46,880 bases of DNA from a bacterium (GTDB lineage: Bacteria; Sysuimicrobiota; Sysuimicrobiia; Sysuimicrobiales; Segetimicrobiaceae), in assembly GCA_036275835.1 (NCBI GenBank), contig DASUDA010000067.1:1-46880 (forward strand). The letters are read 5' to 3'. The position numbers and the translations under genes are program-made. Below the pieces are notes generated by a model, which was given only the letters and a program-made list of their open reading frames with translations, was not told where the DNA came from and made no database searches. Positions 1-8,198 of this stretch are shown here, in pieces. Numbering within the stretch: position 1 is the stretch's first letter; each line of letters starts with the position of its first letter.

Positions 1-253
1 CGCCCCGGCTTCGACGGGTCAACAGCCGGCCGGCGCCGCAAGCGCCGCCGTCGCCGGCGGCGCCACGGAGGAGGCGCGCCCGGCGGTCCCCGCCCGCCGG
101 CCCCCTGACGGGGGAATCGCCCGGGTTGGTGGTTCCCGCAAATCTCCATGAAGAGTCTTGACAATTCGAGACAAACCCAACCCGCGTGTGCATTCTGGTG
201 GCCTCACCGCCTTGACGGGGGTGGAGGCCGAGTGCTACGCTTCTTTCAGGAAG

Positions 254-268
254 TGAGAATGGTTCTCA
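254..268. promoter_or_regulatory. Fur-family-type 7-1-7 inverted repeat TGAGAAT-G-GTTCTCA upstream of mrp
   Basis: Perfect 6-bp arms TGAGAA/TTCTCA around a 3-nt centre. 11/14 match to the classical TGATAAT-N-ATTATCA box. It lies 75 nt upstream of the mrp ATG and just downstream of a weak TTGACG(212-217)-18 nt-TACGCT(236-241) promoter-like pair. A Fur-family regulator is encoded at the end of the same gene string. Confidence 0.4.
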
Positions 269-342
269 GCGTTGCAGGAAGCGCGCCGCGGGCGATACCC
301 AGGCCGCGGTCAGATTCGAAGTAAAAGAGGCATGTACCTCCG

Positions 343-1419
343 ATGTCGACCCCTCAGGTAGCCGTCACGAAAGAACAGGTGGTGGAGGCTCTCCGGGACG
401 TGATGGACCCCGAGCTCCACAAGAGCATCGTGGAGCTGAACATGGTAAAAGGGGTGACGATCAAGGACGGGGCCGTCCAGGTGGAGGCGCTCCTGACGAT
501 CAGCGGCTGCCCGCTGCGGGAAACGATCATCGACTCCATCAAGAGCAAGGTGAAGGGACTCCCCGGCGTCGAGCGCGTCGAGGTCACCCTCGGCGTCATG
601 ACGCAGGAACAGCGGCAGGCGCTCATCACCCAGCTCCGCCCGGGCCCTCAGCGGCAGTCCACGCTGCTCACTCCGACCTCGAAGACGCGGATCCTCAGCG
701 TGGCGAGCGGCAAGGGGGGTGTCGGGAAGTCGACCGTGACGGCCAACCTGGCGGTGGCGCTGTCGCGGCGCGGACGGGTCGTGGGCGTGATCGACGCCGA
801 CGTCTACGGGTTCAGCATTCCGAAGATGCTGGGGGTGACCGGGAAGCCCACGGTCATCGATCAAATGATCATCCCCCTGGAGCGGTGGGGGGTTCGCGTG
901 ATGTCGATCGGGTTCATGGTGAACGAAGAGGAAGCGGTCATCTGGCGCGGGCCGATGCTCCACAAGGCCCTCACCACGTTCCTCACCGAGGTGTACTGGG
1001 AAGGCGTGGACGATCTCCTGATTGACCTCCCGCCGGGCACCGGCGACGTCTCGCTGACGATCGCCCAGACGGTGCCCCGGGGCGAGATGCTGATCGTGAC
1101 GACCCCCCAGTCCACCGCGACCGGCGTCGCCTACCGCGCCGGGAGGATGGCGGAAAAGGTCAACACGCCGGTCGTCGGCGTGGTGGAAAACATGTCCTAC
1201 TATCTGCCGGCGCCCGGCGCGGAACCGGTGTACATCTTCGGGCGCGGTGGGGGCGAGAAGCTGGCGGAGATGGTCGGCGCCCCGCTGCTCGGCCGGATCC
1301 CGCTCGACCCGGCGATCCGGGAAGGGAGCGATCGGGGACAGCCGGTCGCGCTCGGCTCGCCGGAGGCGCCATCGGCGCGGGTCTTTTACGAGATCGCGGA
1401 CGCTCTCTTGCGAGAATGA
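343..1419 (+). CDS. mrp: Mrp/ApbC/NBP35-family P-loop ATPase with N-terminal DUF59 (Fe-S assembly) domain
   Basis: DUF59-like N-terminus (VMDPELHKSIVELNMV...ISGCPL). Deviant Walker A SGKGGVGKST. ENMS motif typical of Mrp/NBP35. ATGA overlap with the next gene. Confidence 0.9.
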   Translation: MSTPQVAVTKEQVVEALRDVMDPELHKSIVELNMVKGVTIKDGAVQVEALLTISGCPLRETIIDSIKSKVKGLPGVERVEVTLGVMTQEQRQALITQLRPGPQRQSTLLTPTSKTRILSVASGKGGVGKSTVTANLAVALSRRGRVVGVIDADVYGFSIPKMLGVTGKPTVIDQMIIPLERWGVRVMSIGFMVNEEEAVIWRGPMLHKALTTFLTEVYWEGVDDLLIDLPPGTGDVSLTIAQTVPRGEMLIVTTPQSTATGVAYRAGRMAEKVNTPVVGVVENMSYYLPAPGAEPVYIFGRGGGEKLAEMVGAPLLGRIPLDPAIREGSDRGQPVALGSPEAPSARVFYEIADALLRE

Positions 1420-2270
1420 AGCCTGACGACGTCAACACCGAGATCGAGAAGTACATTCGCCCGCAGACGTTCCCCCTGGGAATCCGGATGGTGCGGCCGG
1501 GCGAAGCCCTGCCGGAGGGCGTGCGCATCCCGAGCCGCGACCTGGGGATCCAGGTGGCGATTTGCCAGACGTTTTCCATCGCCCGGCGTTACGGGTGGGC
1601 GCTCGCGGTCGGCCGGGACGACCTGAGTTGCCCCCTGGCCAAAACGGCGTTCGGTTTTGAGCCGGTCCTGCCGTACTACGCGGAGGGCAACCTGGCGTGC
1701 GGCATGTACGCCGCGACCCCGGAGGCCGCCGCCCGAACCGAGGCGGAGGTGCCCAAGTTTACGCTGGGAGAGTACGAGCGGATCATCGTCGCCCCGCTCG
1801 GGCGCGCGGCGTTTGAGCCGCACGTCGCCCTCGTGTACGCCAACTCGGCGCAGGTGATGCGGCTCGTCGCCGCGGCGCTCTACCACGGCGGCGGGCGTCT
1901 GCACAGCAGCTTCGCCGCCCGGCTGGACTGCGCCGATGCGGTGATCGAGACGATGCACTCCGGTCTCCCTCAGGTCATTCTCCCCTGCTACGGCGACCGG
2001 ATCTATGGGCAGACCGAGGATCACGAGATGGCGTTCTCCTTCCCGTGGGCGCAGGCCGAAGGGCTCGTCTCCGGGCTCCAGGGAACCCAGAAGGGCGGGG
2101 TGCGCTACCCCATTCCTTCCTGGCTGAGGTACACCGGGCAGTTCCCCGAGAAGTACCGGCGGCTGGACGCGATGTGGGAGGAGCGCCGGGCCGGGGGCGC
2201 GGAGGGCGGGGCGGAGGGCACAGGAGATGCTGGCCCCAAGGAAGCAGGGCACAAAGGAATAAGAAAGTGA
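1416..2270 (+). CDS. DUF169-family protein (COG2043-like), function unknown
   Basis: 284-aa ORF translationally coupled to mrp (ATGA overlap) with coding-like composition. The N-terminal half resembles DUF169 proteins from memory. The Gly/Ala/Glu-rich C-terminal tail is low complexity. Confidence 0.55.
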   Translation: MKPDDVNTEIEKYIRPQTFPLGIRMVRPGEALPEGVRIPSRDLGIQVAICQTFSIARRYGWALAVGRDDLSCPLAKTAFGFEPVLPYYAEGNLACGMYAATPEAAARTEAEVPKFTLGEYERIIVAPLGRAAFEPHVALVYANSAQVMRLVAAALYHGGGRLHSSFAARLDCADAVIETMHSGLPQVILPCYGDRIYGQTEDHEMAFSFPWAQAEGLVSGLQGTQKGGVRYPIPSWLRYTGQFPEKYRRLDAMWEERRAGGAEGGAEGTGDAGPKEAGHKGIRK

Positions 2271-2356
2271 CGACCGGGCCGGGCGCGGCCGGGGCGTCCC
2301 ATGAGGGCGCTCGGGCCGACGCGGGGAGGCCCAACCTTCAGCGGGGGTGAGAGACC

Positions 2357-4123
2357 GTGGCAAAGCACGTGAATGACATGACGATCCGCCTGGCTGGCGA
2401 AGCGGGGCAGGGCGTAGAGTCCGGCGGCGCCGGGTTCGCGCAGGCCCTCAGCCACGGGGGGCTCTGGCTCCACAACTTCTCCGAGTACATGTCCCGGATC
2501 CGCGGCGGCCTCAACTTCTTCCAGATCCGCGTGTCGGATCACCCGCTATGGAGCCACACGGAAGGCGTGCACATCCTGGTCGCGTTCAGCCCGGACGCGG
2601 TTACCGACTACGGACCGCACATCGTCCGCGGCGGGGCGCTGCTCTTCGACGACACGCTCAAGTTCGACCACGATGCGGTCACCCGGCGCGGAACGCAGCT
2701 GTACGGGATGCCGCTGGCGAAGATCGCCCAGGACATCGGCGGCAACAAGATCATGATGAACACCTGCGCGCTGGGGGCGCTCGCCGGGATCGTCGAGTAC
2801 CCGTTCGAGTTCGTCGCCGACGTCATCAAGAAGAACTTCGCCCGGAAGGGCGACGAGGTCGTCCAGGGCAACCTGAAAGTGGCGGAGGAAGGCTATCGGG
2901 TCGGGCGGGAGAAGTACGCCGCCCCGTTCGACTGGAAGGTGGCACCCCTCGCGGCGCGGCCGGACCGGATGCTGATCAACGGCAACCAGGCCCTCAGCGT
3001 TGGGGCGATCGCCGCCGGCTGCCGGTTCATGGCAGGGTATCCGATGACCCCGGCCAGTTCGATTCTGGAGTTCATGGCCTCCCACGCCAAAAAGTACGAC
3101 ATCGTCGTCAAGCAGACGGAGGACGAGATTGCCGCGATCTGCGGCGTGATCGGCGCCGGGTACGCGGGCGCGCGGGCGATGACCGCCACGAGCGGCGGCG
3201 GGTTTTCGCTCATGGCCGAAGCCCTGGGCCTGGCCGGGATGGCCGAAGTGCCGATCGTGATCGTGGAGGCGCAGCGGCCCGGCCCCTCGACCGGGATGCC
3301 GACCAAGACGGAGCAGGGGGATCTGCTGTTCGCCCTGTTTGCGAGCCAGGGCGAGTTCCCCCGGATCGTCCTGGCGCCAGGCACGCAGGAAGAGTGCTTC
3401 CACACCGCCGTCCGCGCGTTCAACCTGGCGGAGAAGTGGCAGTGCCCGGTGATCATCATGACCGACTTCTACCTCACCACGATGATGCGGCCGCTCTTGC
3501 CGTCAGAGCTCCCGATCGAGAAGGTGACGATCGACCGTGGGGAGCTGCTCACGCCCGAGGAGCTCGACCGCCTGCCCGGCCCCTACCTGAGGTACAAGGA
3601 CACGCCGACGGGTATCTCGCCGCGGGCTCTGCCGGGTCACGCGAAGGCCGTGCACCAAGCGTGCAGCGACGAGCACGATGAGTACGGCCACTTCGAAGAC
3701 GAGGACAGCGCCAACCGCCTCCGCATGGCCGGGAAGCGCATGCGGAAGTTTCACAACATCGTGGAGGACCTGCGCGGACCCACGATTTACGGGCCGGAGA
3801 GGGCGGAGCTGACGCTGATGGGGTGGGGCAGTTCGTACGGCGCGATGCGCGAGGCGGTGGACCTGCTGAACGCCCGCGGCACGCGCGCCAATCTCCTCCA
3901 CTTCGTGGACATCTGGCCCTTCCCCGACGCCAAAGCGGCGCCGCTCATCGAGGCCGCGCGCGAACTGGTCGCCGTGGAGAGCAACCAGACCGGGCAGTTC
4001 GCCCATCTTGTGCGGGCGATGACCGGACGGCGGGCGGACCGCCTGGTGCTCCGCTGGGACGGCCGGCCGATGAGCCCGGAGTACATCCTGACCAAGCTCG
4101 AGGAGGCGAAGGTCCATGCTTGA
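2357..4123 (+). CDS. korA: 2-oxoacid:ferredoxin oxidoreductase, fused gamma-alpha subunit
   Basis: GTG start preceded by GGGGGTGAGAG. N-terminal gamma-type domain (IRLAGEAGQGVESGG...RGG). Alpha domain follows (NGNQALSVGAIAAGCRFMAGYPMTPAS). 8-nt overlap with korB. Confidence 0.9.
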   Translation: MAKHVNDMTIRLAGEAGQGVESGGAGFAQALSHGGLWLHNFSEYMSRIRGGLNFFQIRVSDHPLWSHTEGVHILVAFSPDAVTDYGPHIVRGGALLFDDTLKFDHDAVTRRGTQLYGMPLAKIAQDIGGNKIMMNTCALGALAGIVEYPFEFVADVIKKNFARKGDEVVQGNLKVAEEGYRVGREKYAAPFDWKVAPLAARPDRMLINGNQALSVGAIAAGCRFMAGYPMTPASSILEFMASHAKKYDIVVKQTEDEIAAICGVIGAGYAGARAMTATSGGGFSLMAEALGLAGMAEVPIVIVEAQRPGPSTGMPTKTEQGDLLFALFASQGEFPRIVLAPGTQEECFHTAVRAFNLAEKWQCPVIIMTDFYLTTMMRPLLPSELPIEKVTIDRGELLTPEELDRLPGPYLRYKDTPTGISPRALPGHAKAVHQACSDEHDEYGHFEDEDSANRLRMAGKRMRKFHNIVEDLRGPTIYGPERAELTLMGWGSSYGAMREAVDLLNARGTRANLLHFVDIWPFPDAKAAPLIEAARELVAVESNQTGQFAHLVRAMTGRRADRLVLRWDGRPMSPEYILTKLEEAKVHA

Positions 4124-4985
4124 TGTCAAGACGTACAACAACCCTATCAAGGTCACGTGGTGCCCCGGGTGCGGGGACTACGGCATCCTGAACGCGGTCA
4201 AGAGCGCCCTGGCGCAACTGGAGATCCATCCCCACGAGGTCCTGTTCTTCTCCGGGATCGGGTGCGGGAGCAAACTGCCCGACTACATGAACGCGAACGC
4301 CTTCACCACGATCCACGGCCGGTCTCTCCCGATCGCTATGGGCGCCAAGCTCGCCAATCCGGCTCTGCACGTGATCTGCATCACCGGAGACGGCGACGGG
4401 TACGGGATCGGGGGGAACCACTTCATCAACATCCTGCGGCGCAACCCCCACATTGTGCACATCGCCGAGAACAACATGGTGTACGGCCTGACGAAGGGTC
4501 AGTACGCTCCGACGAGTGAGCGCGGATTCGTCACCAGCACGACCCCGGAGGGGAGCATCGAGATCGCGTTCAACCCGCTCACGACGGCCATCAACGGCGG
4601 CGCCACCATGGTCGCCCGGGGCTTCTCCGGAGATCCCAAGCACCTGGCCAAGCTCATCATGGCGGCGATCCAGCACCACGGGTACTCCCTCGTGGACGTC
4701 CTGCAGCCGTGCGTGATCTACAACAAGGTGAACACGTACGACTACTACCGGGAGCGCGTGTACAAGCTCGAGGAGGCCGGTCACGACCCGACCAACCGCG
4801 ACGCGGCCATGGCCCGGGCGCATGAGTGGGGGGAGAAGATCCCCATCGGGATCTTCTACCAGGTCTCCGGCGAGCCCACCTATGAAGATCAGGTCCCGGC
4901 GCTCAAGGCCGGTCCGGTCGCCACGCGCCCGCTCGCACCGCTCGGGGCGCAGCAGGCGGACGCGCTGCGGCGAGAGTTTTTCTAG
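4116..4985 (+). CDS. korB: 2-oxoacid:ferredoxin oxidoreductase beta subunit (TPP-binding)
   Basis: WCPGCGDYGIL Fe-S/TPP motif, GDGDGYGIGGNH TPP-binding loop, typical 289-aa size. Confidence 0.9.
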   Translation: MLDVKTYNNPIKVTWCPGCGDYGILNAVKSALAQLEIHPHEVLFFSGIGCGSKLPDYMNANAFTTIHGRSLPIAMGAKLANPALHVICITGDGDGYGIGGNHFINILRRNPHIVHIAENNMVYGLTKGQYAPTSERGFVTSTTPEGSIEIAFNPLTTAINGGATMVARGFSGDPKHLAKLIMAAIQHHGYSLVDVLQPCVIYNKVNTYDYYRERVYKLEEAGHDPTNRDAAMARAHEWGEKIPIGIFYQVSGEPTYEDQVPALKAGPVATRPLAPLGAQQADALRREFF

Positions 4986-5042
4986 CGAATGGCTGGAAGC
5001 GTCGGTCACCTCAGGGAGGACGGCGGATCGCCGGGAGGACCG

Positions 5043-5513
5043 GTGAGGTCGGGGACCCGAGCCATGACCGATCGGCTGCGGGCGCTGGAGCGGGAAGGCT
5101 ACCGGGCCACCCCGCAGCGGCGCGCGATTCTGGCGGGGATGCTGGGCGCCGGGCGGATGAACGTCCCGGCCGAGGAGATCTGCCGCCGCGCCCGGGCGCT
5201 GTGTCCGACCGTCAACCTCGCGACCACATACCGCACCTTGGAGTTGTTCGGACGGCTCGGGCTGGTCCGCCGGCACACCTACGGGGACGGCCGGAGCGTG
5301 TTCTGCCCTAACCTGCATCCTCACTACCACGGGACGTGCCTCCGATGCGGAGCCGTCGTGGACCTGGCCCGGGGGGATGTCGCGGAGACCCTCGAGCGGA
5401 AACAGTCCACCCTCACAGACCCCGCATTCACCGTTGTCGGCCACCGGCTCGAGTTCCACGGGTACTGCGCCGCCTGCCGGTCCTCCGCGTCGGCGCTGGT
5501 ATCCGTTCCCTGA
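5043..5513 (+). CDS. fur: Fur-family metalloregulator (Fur/Zur/PerR type not resolvable)
   Basis: Winged-helix segment (TPQRRAILAGML...NLATTYRTLELFGRLGLV), His-rich HPHYHGTCLRCG, and a second CAAC pair. Start is ambiguous: GTG 5043 follows GGGAGG, with alternatives ATG 5064 and ATG 4989. Confidence 0.8.
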   Translation: MRSGTRAMTDRLRALEREGYRATPQRRAILAGMLGAGRMNVPAEEICRRARALCPTVNLATTYRTLELFGRLGLVRRHTYGDGRSVFCPNLHPHYHGTCLRCGAVVDLARGDVAETLERKQSTLTDPAFTVVGHRLEFHGYCAACRSSASALVSVP

Positions 5514-5542
5514 GCGGGCCCCCCGAGTCTCCCACGACGGGT

Positions 5543-6415
5543 ATGCGCCGCCTCCAACGCCGGTCCACCGTACTCGGTCTGAGGGCGGGGGGAACCGCGG
5601 TCATCGCGGGCGCGATGCTGAGCAGCGCCATCTTCGCCGGCGTTCCCTCCGCGGGGGCGGTGCCGCGTCCCCTGGGCACACTCCTGAAGATCGCCGCGGA
5701 CGACCTCACGACCGACCCCGCGGGAGCCACCGTGGTGGCCCGTGGCCACGTGCAGGTGACGTATGGAGGAGCCCTGGCGAAGTCGGATCTGTTTCGCCTG
5801 AACCGGCCGGCCAGGGCGGCGGAATTGAGCGGCCACGTGGTGGTGACCGATCCGCGGGGGCGCGCGTCGGGTGACGCCGTGACGCTGCGCCTGGGGCCCA
5901 ACGATCAGATCGTCTCGTTTGTGGTCACAGGCCACGCCGGATTCGAGAGCCCGAAGTATGCGCTCTCGGCAGATCAGATCACGGCAGACCAGCGGTCCGG
6001 CCGCCTCGCAGCCGAGGGGCACCTCACCGCGTTCTCCGCGCCCGACCTGATCATCACCGGGGAGCGCGGCGCCTACGACCAGCGCACGCAGTACGGAGTC
6101 GTCACCGGCCACGCCGCCGCCTCGAGCAAGGAGGGGCGCCTTCAGGGCGACTGGATCGAACTCTTCCGCGCCGCCGGCCGCGCGGTGGTGCACGGCCCTG
6201 TAGAAGCGGACCTCTCCGGCGCGACGATCACCGGGGATCAGGCCACGATCGACTTCCGGACATCGGCCGCCGTCTTCGCCGGTCGTGTGGTTGTCATGCG
6301 GCAGCAGGGCACAATGTGGGCCGACCGGGCCACGATCTTCTACGGCGACCGGCGGATTATCGCCGAAGGGGCGACTCGCGCGACCTTGACCGATCTGGGT
6401 GAAGTCGCGCCCTGA
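5543..6415 (+). CDS. Secreted LptA/OstA-like domain protein
   Basis: Signal-peptide-like N-terminus from ATG 5543 (MRRLQRRSTVLGLRAGGTAVIAGAMLSSAIFAGVPSAGA). Repeated OstA-like beta-strand pattern (ADQITAD...GHL, GERGAYD, GDQATIDF, ADRATIFY). The longer track ORF from 5336 overlaps fur and was trimmed. Confidence 0.55.
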   Translation: MRRLQRRSTVLGLRAGGTAVIAGAMLSSAIFAGVPSAGAVPRPLGTLLKIAADDLTTDPAGATVVARGHVQVTYGGALAKSDLFRLNRPARAAELSGHVVVTDPRGRASGDAVTLRLGPNDQIVSFVVTGHAGFESPKYALSADQITADQRSGRLAAEGHLTAFSAPDLIITGERGAYDQRTQYGVVTGHAAASSKEGRLQGDWIELFRAAGRAVVHGPVEADLSGATITGDQATIDFRTSAAVFAGRVVVMRQQGTMWADRATIFYGDRRIIAEGATRATLTDLGEVAP

Positions 6416-6454
6416 CCGCTGTCTCGATTATGGTGTGCTGAGGGAGGTGTTCGC

Positions 6455-7360
6455 ATGGTTGTGCAGCGCGTGAGGCGGCTGACGCTTGACGAGATGGACC
6501 TGCCCGTGGGGAAAAGGGTCAGACTCCACCGGATCCTCTATGAGCATGGCCCGGGCCGCGGCGTGGCGTTGATCCTGCCGATCGATCAGGGAATCGAGCA
6601 CGGCCCGGTGGACTTCTTCGCGAACCCCGACAGCGCGGACCCCGAGTTCCAGTTGCGGCTGTGCGTGGAGGGAGGGTACTCCGCGATAGCCTTCCACTAC
6701 GGGCTGGCGCGCAAGCACATGCGCCCGTACGCCGGCCGGGTGCCGCTGATCCTCAAGATCAACGGGAAAACGAACATCCCCGCGGACGCGCAGCCGCTGA
6801 GCGGGCTTACCGGGAGTGTCGAAGACGCGGTGCGCCTGGGGGCGGACGCGGTGGGATATACGCTTTACGTCGGCTCGCCCCGCCAGGACGAGGATATCCG
6901 GCAGTTAACCGATGTCCGGCGGGCGTGCGACGCCTTCGGGATGCCGCTGATCGTCTGGTCCTACCCCCGGGGGGAGGGGATCGACAAGAAAGGCGGCCGG
7001 GACAGTCTCTATGCGGTAGACTACGCGGCCCGGCTGGCCTGCGAACTGGGCGCGGACGTCGTCAAGCTGAACGTCCCCGAGTTCGACGACAAGGCCGCCG
7101 CATCGCCGAAGCCCTACAGTACGTTGCGCCTGGACTACAGGGACGCGGTCGAGAAAGTCGTGCGGAGCGCCGGCCGGACGCTCGTGCTCTTCAGCGGCGG
7201 CAGCAAGGTCAGCGACGAGGACCTTCTGGAGAAGACCCGCCACTGCATGGAAGCGGGGGCGACGGGCCTCATCTTCGGGCGGAACATGTGGCAGCGGCCC
7301 CTCGCCGACGCGCTGCGGCTCACCGCGGAGATCAAGCGGATCATGCTGGAGACCGCCTAG
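6455..7360 (+). CDS. Class I fructose-bisphosphate aldolase family (DhnA/FbaB, DeoC/LacD-like TIM barrel)
   Basis: GGGAGG RBS before the ATG. LILPIDQGIEHGP substrate-pocket motif, VVKLN candidate Schiff-base lysine, GLIFGRN C-terminal phosphate-binding motif. Confidence 0.8.
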   Translation: MVVQRVRRLTLDEMDLPVGKRVRLHRILYEHGPGRGVALILPIDQGIEHGPVDFFANPDSADPEFQLRLCVEGGYSAIAFHYGLARKHMRPYAGRVPLILKINGKTNIPADAQPLSGLTGSVEDAVRLGADAVGYTLYVGSPRQDEDIRQLTDVRRACDAFGMPLIVWSYPRGEGIDKKGGRDSLYAVDYAARLACELGADVVKLNVPEFDDKAAASPKPYSTLRLDYRDAVEKVVRSAGRTLVLFSGGSKVSDEDLLEKTRHCMEAGATGLIFGRNMWQRPLADALRLTAEIKRIMLETA

Positions 7361-8054
7361 GCGGCGTCAGCTCCGAGCCCACCCAGGCCTCGCCGCCTTC
7401 CCAGACTTCTTTTTTCCAGATCGGCACGGTCTTCTTGAGCGTGTCGATGGCGAACCGCCCCGCGTCGAATGCCTCGGCCCGGTGGGGCGCCGAGACCCCG
7501 ATCGCCACGCTGATGTCGCCGACCTGGAGGCGGCCGGTCCGGTGGACGATCACGACGCGGGTGACCGGCCAGCGCTCGGCGAGAACCGCGGCGATCTTTT
7601 CCATTTCCCGACGCGCGAGGGCCTCGTAAACCTCATAGGTGAGATGGTGGACCCGGCGTCCTCGGGCGTTGTCCCGGACGGTCCCCAGGAACAGCACAAC
7701 CCCCCCGGCACGCGGGTCCGCGGCTTCCTGGAGAATGCGGTCCACTGAGATCGCGCGACCCGTGAGTTCGATCAGAGGGGATCGGGTGTCTGCCTGCGCG
7801 TCTCTCTCCTCGCCTCCGCTGACCGGCGGAATGATGGCTACTTGATCGGAATCCTTCAAGGAGCGCAGGTCGTGCACGTATTCGTCGTTGACCGCGTATC
7901 CTGAAGGGGCTGGCAGCGCGGCGAGGGCGGGATACTTGGCCACCAGGGCGCGCCAGAGCGCCTGCCCGCCGGCACCGTCGTCCAGCGGGACCTCGACGAC
8001 CGGACTCCCCACGGCTTCCCGGTACGATGCAAACAGGCGAACCGTGACGTTCAC
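7341..8054 (-). CDS. Molybdopterin synthase MoaD-MoaE fusion protein
   Basis: From GTG 8054: MoaD-like ubiquitin-fold part ending in the PPVSGG diglycine, then a MoaE part (VLFLGTVRD...HLTYEVY...VHRTGRLQVGDISVAIGVSAPHR...IWKKE). The track ORF extends to 8678, but that part is antisense to the M48 gene. Confidence 0.8.
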   Translation of the reverse strand: MNVTVRLFASYREAVGSPVVEVPLDDGAGGQALWRALVAKYPALAALPAPSGYAVNDEYVHDLRSLKDSDQVAIIPPVSGGEERDAQADTRSPLIELTGRAISVDRILQEAADPRAGGVVLFLGTVRDNARGRRVHHLTYEVYEALARREMEKIAAVLAERWPVTRVVIVHRTGRLQVGDISVAIGVSAPHRAEAFDAGRFAIDTLKKTVPIWKKEVWEGGEAWVGSELTPPRRSPA

Positions 8055-8060
8055 GTCACG

Positions 8061-8069
8061 ATTGTAGCA
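8061..8069 (-). promoter_or_regulatory. Extended -10 element TGCTACAAT placed 6 nt upstream of the moaDE GTG (possible leaderless transcript)
   Basis: The reverse complement of 8061-8069 reads TGCTACAAT. Only 6 nt separate it from the GTG at 8054, and no SD fits between them. Confidence 0.3.
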
Positions 8070-8198
8070 CACGCGCGTCGCGCGGCTTCGCTCGATCACA
8101 CGGGAGGCCGGGAAGAGAGTACAATGGAGACGAGGGTCGGGAACTTTCCGTTGTCGCGGGACGTTTGATTCATTCAGGCACGCCGTGAGGGGGGATCC

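Noticed and set aside
1-151. Possible 3' end of an upstream plus-strand gene (frame 1 stops at 106-108 with an Arg-rich tail, frame 2 stops at 149-151 with an Ala/Pro-rich tail)
   Set aside because: Too short and low in complexity to choose a frame or a product, so it is not reported as a feature.
158-163. Consensus TTGACA hexamer upstream of mrp
   Set aside because: No acceptable -10 hexamer lies 16-19 nt downstream (the sequence there is CCCGCG), so it is probably fortuitous.
310-5459. Long antisense or off-frame ORFs in the track, e.g. 310-963(-), 1386-2363(-), 2546-3403(-), 2548-3681(+), 3945-5459(-)
   Set aside because: Their translations are dominated by R/P/G/A/H runs with no recognisable motifs. 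They lie opposite or out of frame to genes with strong family signatures. These are typical stop-poor shadow ORFs of high-G+C DNA.
5336-5542. Upstream extension of the LptA-like ORF (track start 5336)
   Set aside because: It overlaps the 3' half of the fur-family gene in another frame and is R/P-rich. A signal peptide starts at ATG 5543.
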